From the NCBI GenBank assembly GCA_964036045.1, contig OZ038378.1, positions 194,680,001 through 194,744,000 on the forward strand: a stretch of DNA of 64,000 bases, given 5' to 3'. The notes below the pieces were generated by a model. It saw only the letters and a list, made by a program, of their open reading frames with translations, was not told where the DNA came from and made no database searches. Below, one piece after another: positions 27,801-38,290 of the stretch (its first letter is position 1; the number at the start of each line of letters is the position of its first letter). The position numbers and the translations under genes were made by a program. Origin of the DNA: Eutreptiella sp. 'Long Island Sound 2002'. Its lineage: Eukaryota > Protista > Euglenida.

Positions 27801-30800
27801 GCCAAAGTTAATTGCAAAAATTCAAATAATTTTCGGCCCACTCCTTGCGCAAAATTCAACATTCGCAAAATTTAATCCTAACAAAAAATTACTTTCCCCC
27901 CATTTTACAGGTCAAAAACAAAATTTTGCTAATTTTTAATTGCTTTTCACTTGCGCAAAATATTCGGGTGCTAAAAATTTTCGCATTTGCCCGTTATGCC
28001 CCCCCCCCCCCCCGGTTTTGTGGATGCAGTACGTGGAGAGTCCCTTCATCCATTGCATGCTACACAGCCCAAGCCCCACTCCTGATCCATCCATTACGTG
28101 CCTCTTTCGACACACCACCCACTTTGGGGGGCTCATACATCTGTACAGGGGTGGGGGTGGGGGATTTCAGCAACGGAAAATTTGGTGGGGAATATTTCGG
28201 TTTTCAGATTGTTGCCGAAATTGTCCCCATGAACATTTTTGCGCAACCCAGGCCAGCCCTTTGCTTAAGGTGGGCAAGTGCCACAGTTCCCCAAAATTTT
28301 TGGGGGTGCCGAAATCCGCCCCCCTGTACCCCTGTACCAGCATTGATGCATTGAGCCATTGTACACGTGTCAGGTATCAGCAAACGATAACACTGCATCT
28401 GGGCGAGTCCAGCACCGTCGCGACTGCCATGTGCCAGCTGCGCCACAAGCTGCACCTGAACGCTCTGGGGTTCTCGGAGGCAGACTGGCAGCAATACGAG
28501 GCTCACGCTCATGACACACTGGAGGACCGAAAGGACTTGACGACCGCCGGGAAAATCGCGGCAGGTGTGCTCTGCACGTGAGGCGTCCTGAGCGTTGTGG
28601 TGGAGAGCACCCTCAAAATGGACCCTGAGTGTGAAGCCTCGCTGGCGCCGGCGTGGAAGGGACACAGAAGCAGCGCGTGTGCGCAGAGGGACGACTGCTC
28701 CGCTCTCACGCACCACAAAATCCTTCCTTCGGCAGCTTGGGACAAGCAGTCCAGACAGATTCCTCCCGAACACGCAACTCAGTGAGGCCGCTCTTGCCAC
28801 GGTGCGGGCGCAGTGCAAACTTGGGGTATATCTGGGGCCCCTCCCGGTGATAATTGCAACCGTCAAGAGGCCTCCGGGAAAGAACAAAAACCACCCTGAA
28901 GCCTTTGGAAAGTATTGGCAATCATACAAAAACCCCAGGAAGACGGGTGGTGTGCTTGCAACTGAGGTTTTCTGGGGTTCTATGGGCTGTTTGGGTGGGT
29001 ACATCTTGGGCTGGTTCATCGGTGTTTGACTACCAATAGTTGCCGCGGTGCGGACGCGGTGCGCGGGCGGTGCAGCAACCCCCACAGTGCGTAGACCCGG
29101 AAGCACCAACGTGCACACGTGCTGAGCCTCTATGGCACGTGCCCCCCCTCCCCCCCCCCCCCCCCAAGCCCCCGCATCAGCGGTGGAGAGCACCCTCCAG
29201 ACTTTCACGGTCAGGCAGAAGTGCGGTTGCCCTTGGAAGAGATCGATAGACTGTACCGGCTTTATCTGGACACCCCCCCCCCCCATCACCGTCCCACTCT
29301 CACCTACCAACAATGCTGTTCCCCGACAGACACTGTGGCCAAGCAATGAAGACAATTTCCCCCTGCAAACTGTGGTCCCAGTGGTTACCCCTGGGAGTAC
29401 CAACCGGCACACTCAGCCTCCCCCCTAAGAAGGCCTTCCCCGGCCCGGAGTTCCCACAACGATCAGCCCTGAAATGACCCATAGACGCACGACCAAGGAC
29501 CGCGGACACAGGATGCCGGCAGCAGAAGGCAGCCGTCCTCCCTCAGCCAACCTCCCCCAAACCCCTTGTGATGTCGTTCACAGATGCACCCGACTCTCTC
29601 GCCTGGGACGAGGACTGGTGCCCTCTGCTCTGTATGAAAATGATTGAGAACGGCGAGATGGTCGGGCGCCTCTTTAAGCCCCAGGAGCGGCTGTACCCGT
29701 TGTGCCGGAAGCAGTTCCGGCAATACCTGCTCAACACTCGAATGACCGAGTACCGAGTGGAGCGCTGCCCTGACAAAGTGCTGAATTCGGTATGGAGTTG
29801 CGTCCTGTCGCACATCTGTGTGTTGTGCGTAGCCCGACGTTTGCGCAACCTGGCTATTGCTTAAGGAAACCCCCTCCCCCCCCCCCGGAGGGGAGGTGGG
29901 CGGGTGGGTCAGGGGTCAAAAAAAAATTGTCTACCTAAAACCGGCCTCAAATTTCCGGCCCCTGTGATAAATTTCTTTTTTTTGCCGGTGGAAAATTTTT
30001 CTGATGTGGGTATGTGGGGGGGTCAGCCAGGGCTTCCCAGGGCCCCAAACCCCCCCCCCCCCCCCGCGGGGGTCACTAAGCAATAGCCTGTGCGCAACAG
30101 TAGGTCCGCTGTCCTTGGGGACGCTGTGGGTGCACAATGTTGTGGTACACCAAGTGTCGCTCCTGCATCAAGTTCGACGTGGTGTGCGCACTGCACAGCT
30201 CATGGCACAGGGCATGCTGTGGGCACCTGTTTACCGATTTGCTGGCACGTGTGCACGTCGTGGGTTGTATGGGCCACCCCGTTGCGCAGGACCGGTGAGT
30301 GTTGGTTTTTCCCAACCTCATTCATGGGTGTGAATGCTCAAAGCATTCCAAATGAATATCAGCAGGGCACTGCGCTCCTTATCCACCCCCCTCCTCCCCG
30401 GGGGGGGGGGGGGGTTTAAACAAGTTGGCACCCCCCCCCCCCCCCCGAAAGATTTGGCCAAATTTTCTTCCGGGCCTTCGGCCAATCAAAAATTTTCTCT
30501 GGCACTTTCTGCGCCAATTAGTTTAGACCAACAGTTTTTCTTCGGTGTCTGTAAATACTCAGCACAAGGGGGAGGAGGGGGCCACCCTCCCCCCCCCTTA
30601 AAAAAAGGAGCCTTTTTTTTCCCGCTAAGGAGGGCCCTTAGGGATCGACCAAAACAACTGCTCAACCGCCGTTGATTCCCACCCAATTGTCTACGAGTAT
30701 ACGGCCACGCACATTCCGATGTTTTTGTTTTTGCATGAGGGAGCGCCCTGCAGCAGGGGGATGTGATGCGGACGTCGGGAATCAGGTTGGGGGGGGAGCA

Positions 30801-33800
30801 GTGAGGGTTGGTGTCCGCTCGCCCGTCGCCGTCCCCCGCAGCCCCCTCCCGGACCCATGCGATTTCGCGCACCCGCCGCAGGGCTGCACCACCCCGATCC
30901 CGGGGCAAGAGCTGTTGCAAGTGGTGCACGCGACGCTGCTGCGGCAGTCCTTCTCCCCGCATTCCACCCCGTTCCTGATGTGGGTGTGTCCGGATGACAC
31001 GGTCCATGACGTCCGCGAGAAAATCCGACTGCGCCTCCGGGTCCGCACGGAAGAGATCCGCAGGTCTGTCCCGCTGCGGCTTCACTCGTGCGCTCCCGTC
31101 AGGGCTGTGGTGATTGTGGCCGCATCAGCACAAGCAGGAGCAGCAGCAGGACGGGTGCCCTTCAACCCCGCTGAGAAAATAGGCCAATAGTATGAAGAGG
31201 GCGCGGATCAACGATTTGTCAACCGGGGGGGGGGGGGCTCCGCCGGTCCGAGGATGCCAGATACCCCCCTCCCCACCCCGCCCGGTCCTGTGTTAAGTTC
31301 CTGCCCCTGGGCGCCAGCGTGGGAGGGACCCCCAGGGGCAACAGCAGCATTTGCGAGGAGCGGGCCAACTGTCCCACTCTCACACAGTGACAATGATTTT
31401 CCCCGGGCTGTGAGGTAGCCGAACAGGCTGCCCACCTCTCGCAGTTTTTTTGAACCTCTCAACCCCAACCCAACGGGCGGACAACCCACCCCCCGATCCA
31501 CGAGTGGAGGATTCCCTCCTCAGAAGGCGCACACGTACACCCAGAAGCACCAAGCGGCATGTTCCTTCAGCCTTGATGGCGCACCCCCCCCCCCCAGGGG
31601 GCCTCCGGCCAACAGTGAGTTGGAGGGGTACTCCGCGTCCTAACCAAGTGTGTTTGTCAAGTGTCGTGAAGAGATCAAGACATCATGTTGAGCTGCCGCA
31701 CATTGCTGCACATGCACATCAGGACGTGCACGTGCGGGGTGGGGCACTGTGTCACCTGCTTGTGTGGTTGTGTGATTGGTCTCCCCTTCTCCCTGCCAGC
31801 ACGCCGCCCAACCAGCAGCTCCCCTCCTCTCCTCAATGTGAGCAATTTATTCCTGAAAACTCAAACCAGTGCGTACACCCGGAAGTCCCAGCCGGCACAC
31901 TTACTCGGCCTATCAATGCCCCTCCAGGCCTCCTCACAGGGGGACGTGGACTTCCCCTTCCCCTCCCCTGCCCTCCCCTCTCTGGCCTCTGGCCAGACTT
32001 CGTTACCAAAGTCACTGGGCTTGGGCCTGACATGACCTTCTGCCACTCTCAGTATGGGGGTGGGATCCGCGTCGCAACCTGAGGAGGCCCATCTCCCTGC
32101 GTCCCATACTTCCATACAATATCACACAGCACAGCACAGCACACACTTCCGCACAGTATCACTTAGCACAGCACACACTTCCACATAGTACCACACAGTG
32201 TGTAGAAGTGTGTACTGTGCTGTGCGGAAGTGTGTGCTGTGCTGTGCTGTGTGGAAGTGTGTGCTGTGCTGTGAGATGGAGTGCACAGCACACACTACCA
32301 ACCACACACCACACACCACAGCACACATATCCACACAGTACCACACAGCGCAGCCCACACTACCACACAGCACACCGCACACTATCACACAGCACAGCAC
32401 GTGCAGTACAGTGCGGGAGGGTTCACTTTCGACCGGCACAGAGTGGATTCCCATGTGGCGGTTGATGCTCAGCAGTGCGGCATATGGACTGCTGGCGGCG
32501 CTAGTGCGAGCTGCATTGTTCTTCTGTGTGGGCAGACATTCCAGCGTACCACCCCCAGGATGGCCTGGCATATGCACCACGCACAAGGAACACCCCCCAC
32601 AAGCACGACACTGAACGGTTTCGGTCTGGCCCGAAGGGTTCTGGCGGCTGGCAATTAAAGCCTCCCAAATGGGTACCCATAATTTTCCCCCTTTGCTGCA
32701 TTCAAGGGGTACTGTGTACTGTGCTGTGCTGTGTGGTAGTGTGTGGAAGTGCGTGCTGTGCTGTGTGGTACTGTATGCTGTGCTGTGCAGTGTGTGGTAG
32801 TGTGTACTGTGCTGTGCTGTGTGGTAGTGTGTGGAATGTGTGCTGTGCTATGTGGTAGTGTGTGGAATGTGTGCTGTTTCAGTGTGTGGAATGTGTGCTG
32901 TGCTGCGTGGTAGTGTGTGGAAGTGCGTGCTGTGCTGAGTGCGTTTTTACTGAGGCCCACAGGGCCACAACCTGCTCCAAGCAATCCTCCTCCATCAGAG
33001 CCCCCCACCCTCCCCCACCCCTGAACCTCTGCTGCAATGTAACGGTTGTTTTTCTCCTGCTTTTGTGGATTACCCTTCAGCCTGCCTTGGTGGTTTTATC
33101 CACCCCCCCCCCCCCCAAAATAGCCCCTCCTGAAAACCCTAACAAGTGCATACACCCGGAAGTATCCGCAAGTGACACCCTTACTGAGCCTTTACAGCCT
33201 GCCACCTTGGTTTGTCTTTGGGCACCCCTTCCTCTCCTGCCCAGGCATGGGGCAGGAGCATGCACTTAGTTCGGTCAGTCAGTCCAAACAGGGAGGTCTA
33301 ATATGGGCAGGGATTGGGGGGGTCAGGTCACATGAGGCTTGTTGTTATGGCTCAATTTGGCCGGTGCTGCGTGCCCCAACAGACCTTTGCAGCCGATTTT
33401 TGTTTTTACAGGATAAGCAGATGAGTGAGAGATACAGCAGTCGCTGGCTGTGATAAGGGTGCGGCAGTCCCTATCAGTAATCCAAACATGGACCCACCGA
33501 ATAAAACAGTTTGTACACTGGTTCAAGAACCTCGTTTGTACGCCATTGAATATGTGTGCATGCGTGATGCATAGCTGTGGTCAGCGGAGAGACACTGGGC
33601 CTCGAATGTGGGACTGCAAAGTTTTCTCTTGCTCCCATTTCCACACATGCATCCTCTGCCTGTCATTATTTGGAGGGAAGTTAACCTCTTTCGACCCCTT
33701 CAATACCCGCCACACCTCCTCGCTCCCAATTATGGCTGCTTTCTCATATGCCGTGCCTGGCTACAGATGGAGGTTGTGGGCTCAATTCCAACATACTCAA

Positions 33801-35710
33801 GACACAATGGACGTGTCACTCAATGATGAGGCAAATGCAAACAACCCATTATTTCAATTTCTCTCGAGATATGATCCGCAGGTGTGCTTTTCTGACTGTC
33901 AGCAGATAGCTCAGGTGGGCAATGCACAGGTCTGTGACCGCAAGGTCATGGGGTTGAACCCCGGTTGAGTCTGGCAGAGGTGCAGAACTGAGTATGACGT
34001 TGGGCAGGGCAATCCTGTGGGCAACTCGGGTTCAAGCCGCCTGGATGATAGGTGCCCACAGTCAGCAGCTCGCACCTCAGTGCACTTGAGATGGGTCAAC
34101 ATCTCCTGTAGCACTGGCGTGGCGGCAAAGCTACGGAGGCTCTGTTGCTGAAGGCTGGGGCTTTGAACCTGGCTGGCACCAGAGTGCACCGGACTTTGGT
34201 TGGGTTCCTGTCTGCCGGTCCAACAAAAGGGAGGACTGCCAGCACTCCCAGGAGTTTGATCCAAGGGGGGACCACTGGCACCAACCTCAGGACCAAGAGG
34301 GCACAACCATGGTACCCCTGAGCACAAAAGAGGGAGTAACAGTGCGCCAGGCGCGCGCCGGGCATCTTTTTTCCCCATTTCTGATTTCTACCCCTGTTTT
34401 CGGGGGTGGATTCTACCCCTCTTTTTGGCCCGCCCCGGATTGCAGTGGTTACATACAGATGGGTGAGTGGGTGGGTGGGTGGGTGGGATGGTGCCCCTCA
34501 TGGACTTGCCCCTTTCCGGTTGGGGATATGGACTGGCCCCTTTCCGGTTGGGGATCCTCAGACCTCTTTTGCTATTTGTTATGGAGTTGAGCATTGTGGA
34601 CACTGTGTTCTACACCAGTCAGGATAGTCGGGATAGCAAATACAAAAGTAGTGCACTGGGCACGCGCCGGGCAAATACTCCTCCAAAGGCTAATTCCCTG
34701 CATAATATGGTTAAACCCCCAGGCGCACCAGTGTCCTGGACCGTAATAGACTGGCAGACCAATGGACACTCCACTGAAGATCCCACGTTTGGCAGCTGAT
34801 CCGGTCCTTCTGTCATGCTGCGATACACCAGGTGGGGCAGGGGAGGGCTACAGCAGGCTTCAGGCAGGCTCTAACCCGCTGACCCCCGCCTCCCTTCCCG
34901 TTCACACTAGCGGCCAGGACCTTAATAGGCCGTTGCCTTCCATAATATGGTTCTCCCCCCTCCGCCCTGTCACCACACAAACACTCTCACAGAACCACCT
35001 ACAGCCCCAGACACACTCTCCACAAAACACAGCAAGCACATGGAACCTCAAGTCCCAAGCGGCAAGCCTACTCCATCTTTTTGGTTCCACCCTTCGCCTG
35101 TTTGGTTGTGATGACGCTACCTCCTGCTGACCGGGGTGGAGATATAAGCCTATCTTTTTGGACCACACCAAGGGTCATTTGGCATGAGGCCCCAGACCCA
35201 TGATCTGTTGCTCATCTCAAGGAACACCATGCCTGCTCAAACAACCCCCCTTGCCCAGAGAATGTGGTGGCTGATCAAAGGTGTAGGCCATTGCAGGTTG
35301 GCAATGATGCGCCAGTTGCATTGACACATTGCCCCTCTGTCTGAGCCCAGCCCACTGCTCTGTGAGGTCCCCACCCCAGCCCCAGGGGGCGGGTCCCAGG
35401 CCCCCCTAAAAAGTTTTGTGTACCCAAAATCAGCCTCAAATTTCCAGCCCCTTTGATGAATTTTTTCCCCTGAGGAACAATTTTCTGTGGGTGGGGTGGG
35501 GGGTGCGGTGGATTGACCAGGCTCCCCATTTTGCCTGTTGCCGGGGGAGGGGGGGGGGCTCCATGAATGAGCTGCAGCTAGTTTCATCCCATGTTTGACC
35601 CTCTGCAGGGGCCTATCAGCATGGAGAATGGCTGGAGGCTGATTTTGGAGCATCCAGACCCTGAAAGGTCGGAGCCACCAGAAAAGGCTTTGAGAATAGA
35701 TGCACTATGA
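782..35710 (+). CDS. USP7: USP7/UBP12-13-like ubiquitin carboxyl-terminal hydrolase (peptidase C19), spliced, 19 exons in window, 5' part upstream of window
   Basis: Exons 782-880, 2160-2343, 4632-4834, 5979-6089, 8159-8260, 9713-9832, 10906-10995, 14752-14886, 14975-15058, 16188-16558, 19364-19481, 20891-21008, 24595-24633, 24782-24926, 28374-28564, 29584-29789, 30882-31063, 33767-33881, 35609-35710. All introns are GT-AG and all phases join into one frame. Motifs in USP7 order: FPPVLMLHLKRF, EDRFEF, LHSVVVHIGG..GHYYAY, WLRFDD, AYMLTYVR, LLMCKVYD..LSYAG, ENGDVLIF, LYWEVLDVP, PFLMWV..DTVHDVREKIRLRL, LEHPD..EKALRI-stop. Symbol assigned from recalled family motifs, not from a search. Confidence 0.92.
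1740..2075. repeat. (GGCGCC)n and (CGGTA)n simple repeats
   Basis: gcggcgccggcgccggcgccggcgc at ~1741-1765; cggtacggtacggtacggtacggtac at ~1796-1821 and tacggtacggtacggtacg at ~2058-2076. Confidence 0.9.
2160..2343 (+). CDS. USP7-like exon: VEDRFEFSSVLDVGRF...CKTCGKQRPC...PARPP
   Basis: tttttcag acceptor; DRFEF motif; cca g|gtcccc donor (phase 1) fits the next exon. Confidence 0.85.
2734..2938 (-). mobile_element. tRNA-derived SINE-like element with 15-bp target site duplication
   Basis: Minus strand begins GGTCGCGTAGTTCAGCGG (A-box-like), has GATTCGAATCCC (B-box-like) and ends in a TTTACCTCTACCTTTA tail; flanked by AAGGAGAACTGAGGG at 2719-2733 and 2939-2953. Confidence 0.78.
4632..4834 (+). 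CDS. USP7-like exon: Ser/Pro-rich insert then LCQCPADHIPDIFQLHSV
   Basis: atctcag acceptor (phase 1), gtg|gtatgt donor; ends in xLHSV, which continues into the His-box exon. Confidence 0.85.
5979..6089 (+). CDS. USP7-like exon: His box VVHIGGPERGHYYAYVDNHGQWLRFDDTKVTKAEPYQ
   Basis: ctgcag acceptor, cag|gtccat donor; catalytic GHY and WxxFDD motifs. Not in the ORF track because it lacks an in-frame start. Confidence 0.96.
8159..8260 (+). CDS. USP7-like exon: ALDENFGGRSHLKWWTTEPSRDIPTAYMLTYVRK
   Basis: ttgcag acceptor, aag|gtgtga donor; AxxxxFGG and AYMLxY end-of-catalytic-domain motifs. Confidence 0.95.
9713..9832 (+). CDS. USP7-like exon: SQRHIFDNPSSNPADSIPRFLEDHMQRLMEAERTRKAEKE
   Basis: ctgcgcag acceptor, gag|gtgtgc donor; resembles the USP7 helical linker. 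Confidence 0.88.
10906..10995 (+). CDS. USP7-like exon: ERMNSLKFQIATDYSVEDYLNHQAAQHNYM
   Basis: ctcccag acceptor, atg|gtgtgc donor, phase 0/0. Confidence 0.82.
11170..12075 (+). repeat. Two direct copies of a ~150-bp dispersed repeat (about 11170-11320 and 11905-12075)
   Basis: Shared ttagaataatt...ccXgaccaaagtgaccatXgtgggaaaaaacgaaatttacaat...ggccattt.tggtacac. Confidence 0.85.
12120..12305 (+). repeat. Dispersed repeat (MITE-like); other copies at about 30450-30612 and 6565-6600
   Basis: ttggccaaattttcttcYgggccttcRgccaatcaaaa.ttttctctggc...agtttagaccaa...cttcgg shared between copies. Confidence 0.82.
14752..14886 (+). CDS. USP7-like exon (UBL region): DGLFKYTCPNYDVVVVRKQRTFSALLQMLREKYQISHVRLYRWRK
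   Basis: ctgcag acceptor, aaa|gtatgg donor; UBL-like RLxxW. Confidence 0.88.
14975..15058 (+). CDS. USP7-like exon: DRDMKRPVEEVVHDLQWHPITQTTRLEQ
   Basis: ttcacag acceptor after an 88-bp intron, cag|gtgcct donor. Confidence 0.8.
16188..16558 (+). CDS. USP7-like exon (UBL): IFREDHDTPIRVFL...LLMCKVYDAFKQTLSYAG...IENGDVLIFEARYS
   Basis: cccacag acceptor, tc|gtatgt donor (phase 2); USP7-type LLFxKxYD..LxYxG and DGDIxxF equivalents; GC3-rich codons. Confidence 0.93.
19364..19481 (+). CDS. USP7-like exon: DEERQTYETPSVVDFFKYVETLVTVGFLDLRSREDTCTV
   Basis: tttgcag acceptor (phase 2), gtg|gtgtgt donor. Confidence 0.88.
20891..21008 (+). CDS. USP7-like exon: TLKYTSDYDTVCRDFLNRVPQLQVAPEYLRFRNHSLTYT
   Basis: ctcttcag acceptor, g|gtccaa donor (phase 1); YDxV and LRxxxH pattern of USP7 UBL. 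Confidence 0.85.
22100..23050 (+). repeat. ~40-bp minisatellite clusters (about 22100-22260 and 22960-23045) bracketing an ~0.7-kb core
   Basis: Unit approximately ccctcgagttggggtgatggactcccatgcttcagtgtgg, about 4 degenerate copies left and 2 right. Confidence 0.75.
24595..24633 (+). CDS. USP7-like 39-nt micro-exon: (G)QHPTKPRLSTPE
   Basis: ccctgcag acceptor with strong pyrimidine tract, g|gtacgt donor, phase 1/1. Confidence 0.7.
24782..24926 (+). CDS. USP7-like exon: ACKPGQSLDQMLHPPETSHPFLYWEVLDVPCETVEGQLPFIVSWFVDDR
   Basis: gttgcag acceptor, ag|gtttgt donor; LYWEVLDVP corresponds to USP7 LYYEVLDIP-type motif. Confidence 0.92.
28374..28564 (+). CDS. USP7-like exon: YQQTITLHLGESSTVATAMCQLRHKL...GKIAA
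   Basis: gtgtcag acceptor (phase 2), g|gtgtgc donor (phase 1). Confidence 0.83.
29584..29789 (+). CDS. USP7-like exon: DAPDSLAWDEDWCPLLCMKMIENGEMVGRLF...YRVERCPDKVLNS
   Basis: gttcacag acceptor, tcg|gtatgg donor; xRxExxP motif. Confidence 0.87.
30882..31063 (+). CDS. USP7-like exon (C-terminal UBL): GCTTPIPGQELLQVVHA...PFLMWVCPDDTVHDVREKIRLRLRVRTEEIR
   Basis: ccgcag acceptor, ag|gtctgt donor; matches the USP7 PFxxxxxxxETxxxVxxRIxxxL pattern. Confidence 0.92.
32120..32945. repeat. Fold-back simple-repeat element (CACAGCACA-rich and TGTGCTGTG-rich tracts)
   Basis: Hairpin 32121-32275 centred near 32197; CA-rich tract 32290-32410 is complementary in composition to GT-rich tract 32710-32940. 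Confidence 0.85.
33767..33881 (+). CDS. USP7-like exon: (R)WRLWAQFQHTQDTMDVSLNDEANANNPLFQFLSRYDPQ
   Basis: gctacag acceptor (phase 2) giving EEIRRWRL, cag|gtgtgc donor. Confidence 0.82.
35609..35710 (+). CDS. USP7-like terminal exon: GPISMENGWRLILEHPDPERSEPPEKALRIDAL-stop
   Basis: ctctgcag acceptor; LxLEHxD...EKAxxI C-terminal signature of USP7/UBP12-13; TGA 35708-35710. Confidence 0.92.
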   Translation, partial: GPISMENGWRLILEHPDPERSEPPEKALRIDAL

Positions 35711-35789
35711 AGGCTCAGGTGTGTGCTGGTGCTTGCATTTACAGTGACGTCGTGTGGATTGTGTTCACCCGGGGGCACTAGCTTGTAAG

Positions 35790-36062
35790 GCTGCTGCTGC
35801 TGCTGTTGTAAACGCTGGTGGTGGTGGTGGTGGCGGTGGTGGTGGGGTGTTGGTGGTGGTGGTTTTGGTGGTGGTGTGCCCAAACGTGCCCACAGCTGCC
35901 CCCATTTGGCCATGGACTTCAAACCAAGCACTACACTGGCAGGGGGCAACAAAACAACAACAACAACAACCACAACAACAACAACAACATCAACAACAAC
36001 ATTACAGACAACAGCAACAGCAACAGTAACAGCAACATCACCACCACCGCCACCACCAGCCA
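35790..36062. repeat. Compound triplet microsatellite (CTG, GGT, AAC, CAC) just 3' of the stop codon
   Basis: Direct reading: gctgctgctgctgctg, ggtggtggtggtggcggtggtggtgg, (aac)n, caccaccaccgccaccaccagc. Confidence 0.92.
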
Positions 36063-38290
36063 GTTAAGGCTGCATGACTATGAGGGAACGTCCGCACGGC
36101 GTGCATGGGCGGCGTTCGAGCCTACTTTCCGAGATCCCCCCCCTTCCCCCCTCAACACGGTTCCCATGACTGTTTCATGTATCCTGCCGACAGGACATGT
36201 CAGCGGGGGGTGCCTAACATATGCAAAGAAAAGTTATCCTCCTTGGCGTGCTAATCATTTTGAGCCCTGTGTGACAGGCGAGCTCTGCAGCCTGATTTCA
36301 AGCGAGCCTTCGGTCATAGGAGCCCCTTTCCTAGGCCTCTCCCTTCTTTTTTGGGGGGGGGGGGCTCAACCCCCCCCCCCCCATTTGAATTTTTTTTTCA
36401 TCCGCCTGAGGAGGTGTTTCCCCTCGCGCGGAAAGCGGAAAGAGAAACCTACGTGTAACAGGAGTGGAGATTCTGTTGGCGTCTTGCCACTGAATTTTGT
36501 TCTCTCTGTGGACCAATAGTGGTCAATGTTGAATTGTGTACTTGGATGTTGCTTTTGCAAGAACATGTGCAAATGAAACTCATCATTGTGGGCCTCGGGG
36601 GCGTTTATGACTTGCCTGTGCTTATGGACGAAGCTGGTGAGGCGCTTCATTAAATTTTGGGGCTTGCTGGAAGACAACGCAGACCCAAATTCAGAAGAGT
36701 GGTGAGCAGCAGCAACAAAAGTCCCTAATGAAATGCAAAGCAGTTGAGAAGGCTGCACCTGAGGCCATCCTAGAACGCAATGGTCAAAGTCAGGGAAAAG
36801 TTGAAAAGAATGCCTAATTATTTCATTTGATCCATGAAGTCCATTTTAGAAACGTGGGGGAAATTGCATTTCTCTTCCCCTGTGCCGGGGTCACGTTTTG
36901 GTTTTGTCTTGCACTTAGACAGAGTGACTGTATTCCATCAATTCGGGCCCAATTTGGATTTGGGCCTGCTTCAAATGGCATTGCAATATGCAATATCCGC
37001 GTCTTATTGAAACATTGAGTGATGTGGATTGGAATGTCGTTCTACCGCAGATTTGGGACTGAGCTCCCCCCACCCACATATGTCCCCAGTAGAGGGCCAA
37101 GATGTCTCTTTTCTTTCCATTGGCCGTGGACTTCCCACAGCGATGGTACCAATGACAGGGGCCAGGAGGAGACAGATCAGAGTCCTTCACATCTTCACAA
37201 AAGATATACATAAGAGACCTGCTGACACAATAACCAGTCCAACGCCAAGAACAACAACATGAACAACAATGGCAGGGCAGTTCGTTCTCTGAAGTCAGCA
37301 CATCGAGGGGATCCGACAGGGCTACCCCGCACCGGCCCGCTTTATCTTCGCTTGGACCAGATCATTTTTCACCTGTCTCCCCGTCCCTTGTGCCCCGAGA
37401 AGCTCGGGGCGGGGGGAGTGGGGTCCCTTGGCAAGGCTGGTGAAAATTTTACTTGGGGGGAGGAGGGGCCCTCGGAGCCCCCGCAAATTTGGAGGGGGGG
37501 GTTGCGGAAGGGGGTTTGAAGGGCCACAAGCTTGTTTCCTCAATAGAAATGCCTGAAATCTTGCCTCCAACAATTTCAAGGGGGGGGGGACAGTGCATGT
37601 TCACAAGGCACAACCCCCCCCCCCCCCTGTTCCGGTCGCCGGAAATGCCGGAACGTGCCAGAACGATTTGCTGGGACGTTGTGATTCTGTCACGCTTGAT
37701 GTTCTTCAGTGAAAACGCTTGCTCTTGTTGCATGGGGGCCTTTTACTTGGGGGGAGGGTGTGGAGATTTGAAATATTCATGAAAAATATGGAAAAAGAGA
37801 GCCGGCCCTTGGAGCTCCCTCCAGGGGGGGGGGTTGGAAAGGGGGCTCCAAGGGCCCCCCACCCCCCAAATAAATTTTTGGGGAGCCCAACTTCCACGTG
37901 GCAGGCATGGGGAACCATCACGCTCAGGGTGGGGGGCGATAATGTGGGGGGATGGATGTCACATTCTGGTGGTGCTTAAAGATTTCTCCATTGTCAAGTT
38001 TCAAAAATGGTCGTTTGGACCTTCTGAGCAAAGGTTCAGTTGGGGTATGCAGACCTGAAACAAGTTCTGGTGGGTATACATCCGGGCATTCCAAGGCCAC
38101 TGCCTTCATGTGTGGACAGGACACCCATCTCTTCCCCAAGGGAACGGACAGCAACGCCAGTGGGGCTCAGGAATTGAACACAAGTGCCCTCCGACCACCT
38201 GCAGATGTGTATTGGTCAACAGCAGGTCATCACACGTACCATTTCAATCTACCGTCAACAATGTACACAACCTGCATATCGCCGCGAGCG

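Noticed and set aside
28204-29412. 402-aa minus-strand ORF (also 8884-9933, 10520-11359, 7464-8153, 15202-15903)
   Set aside because: Antisense shadows of exons and GC-rich repeats; low-complexity Gly/Pro/Arg translations with no domain motifs
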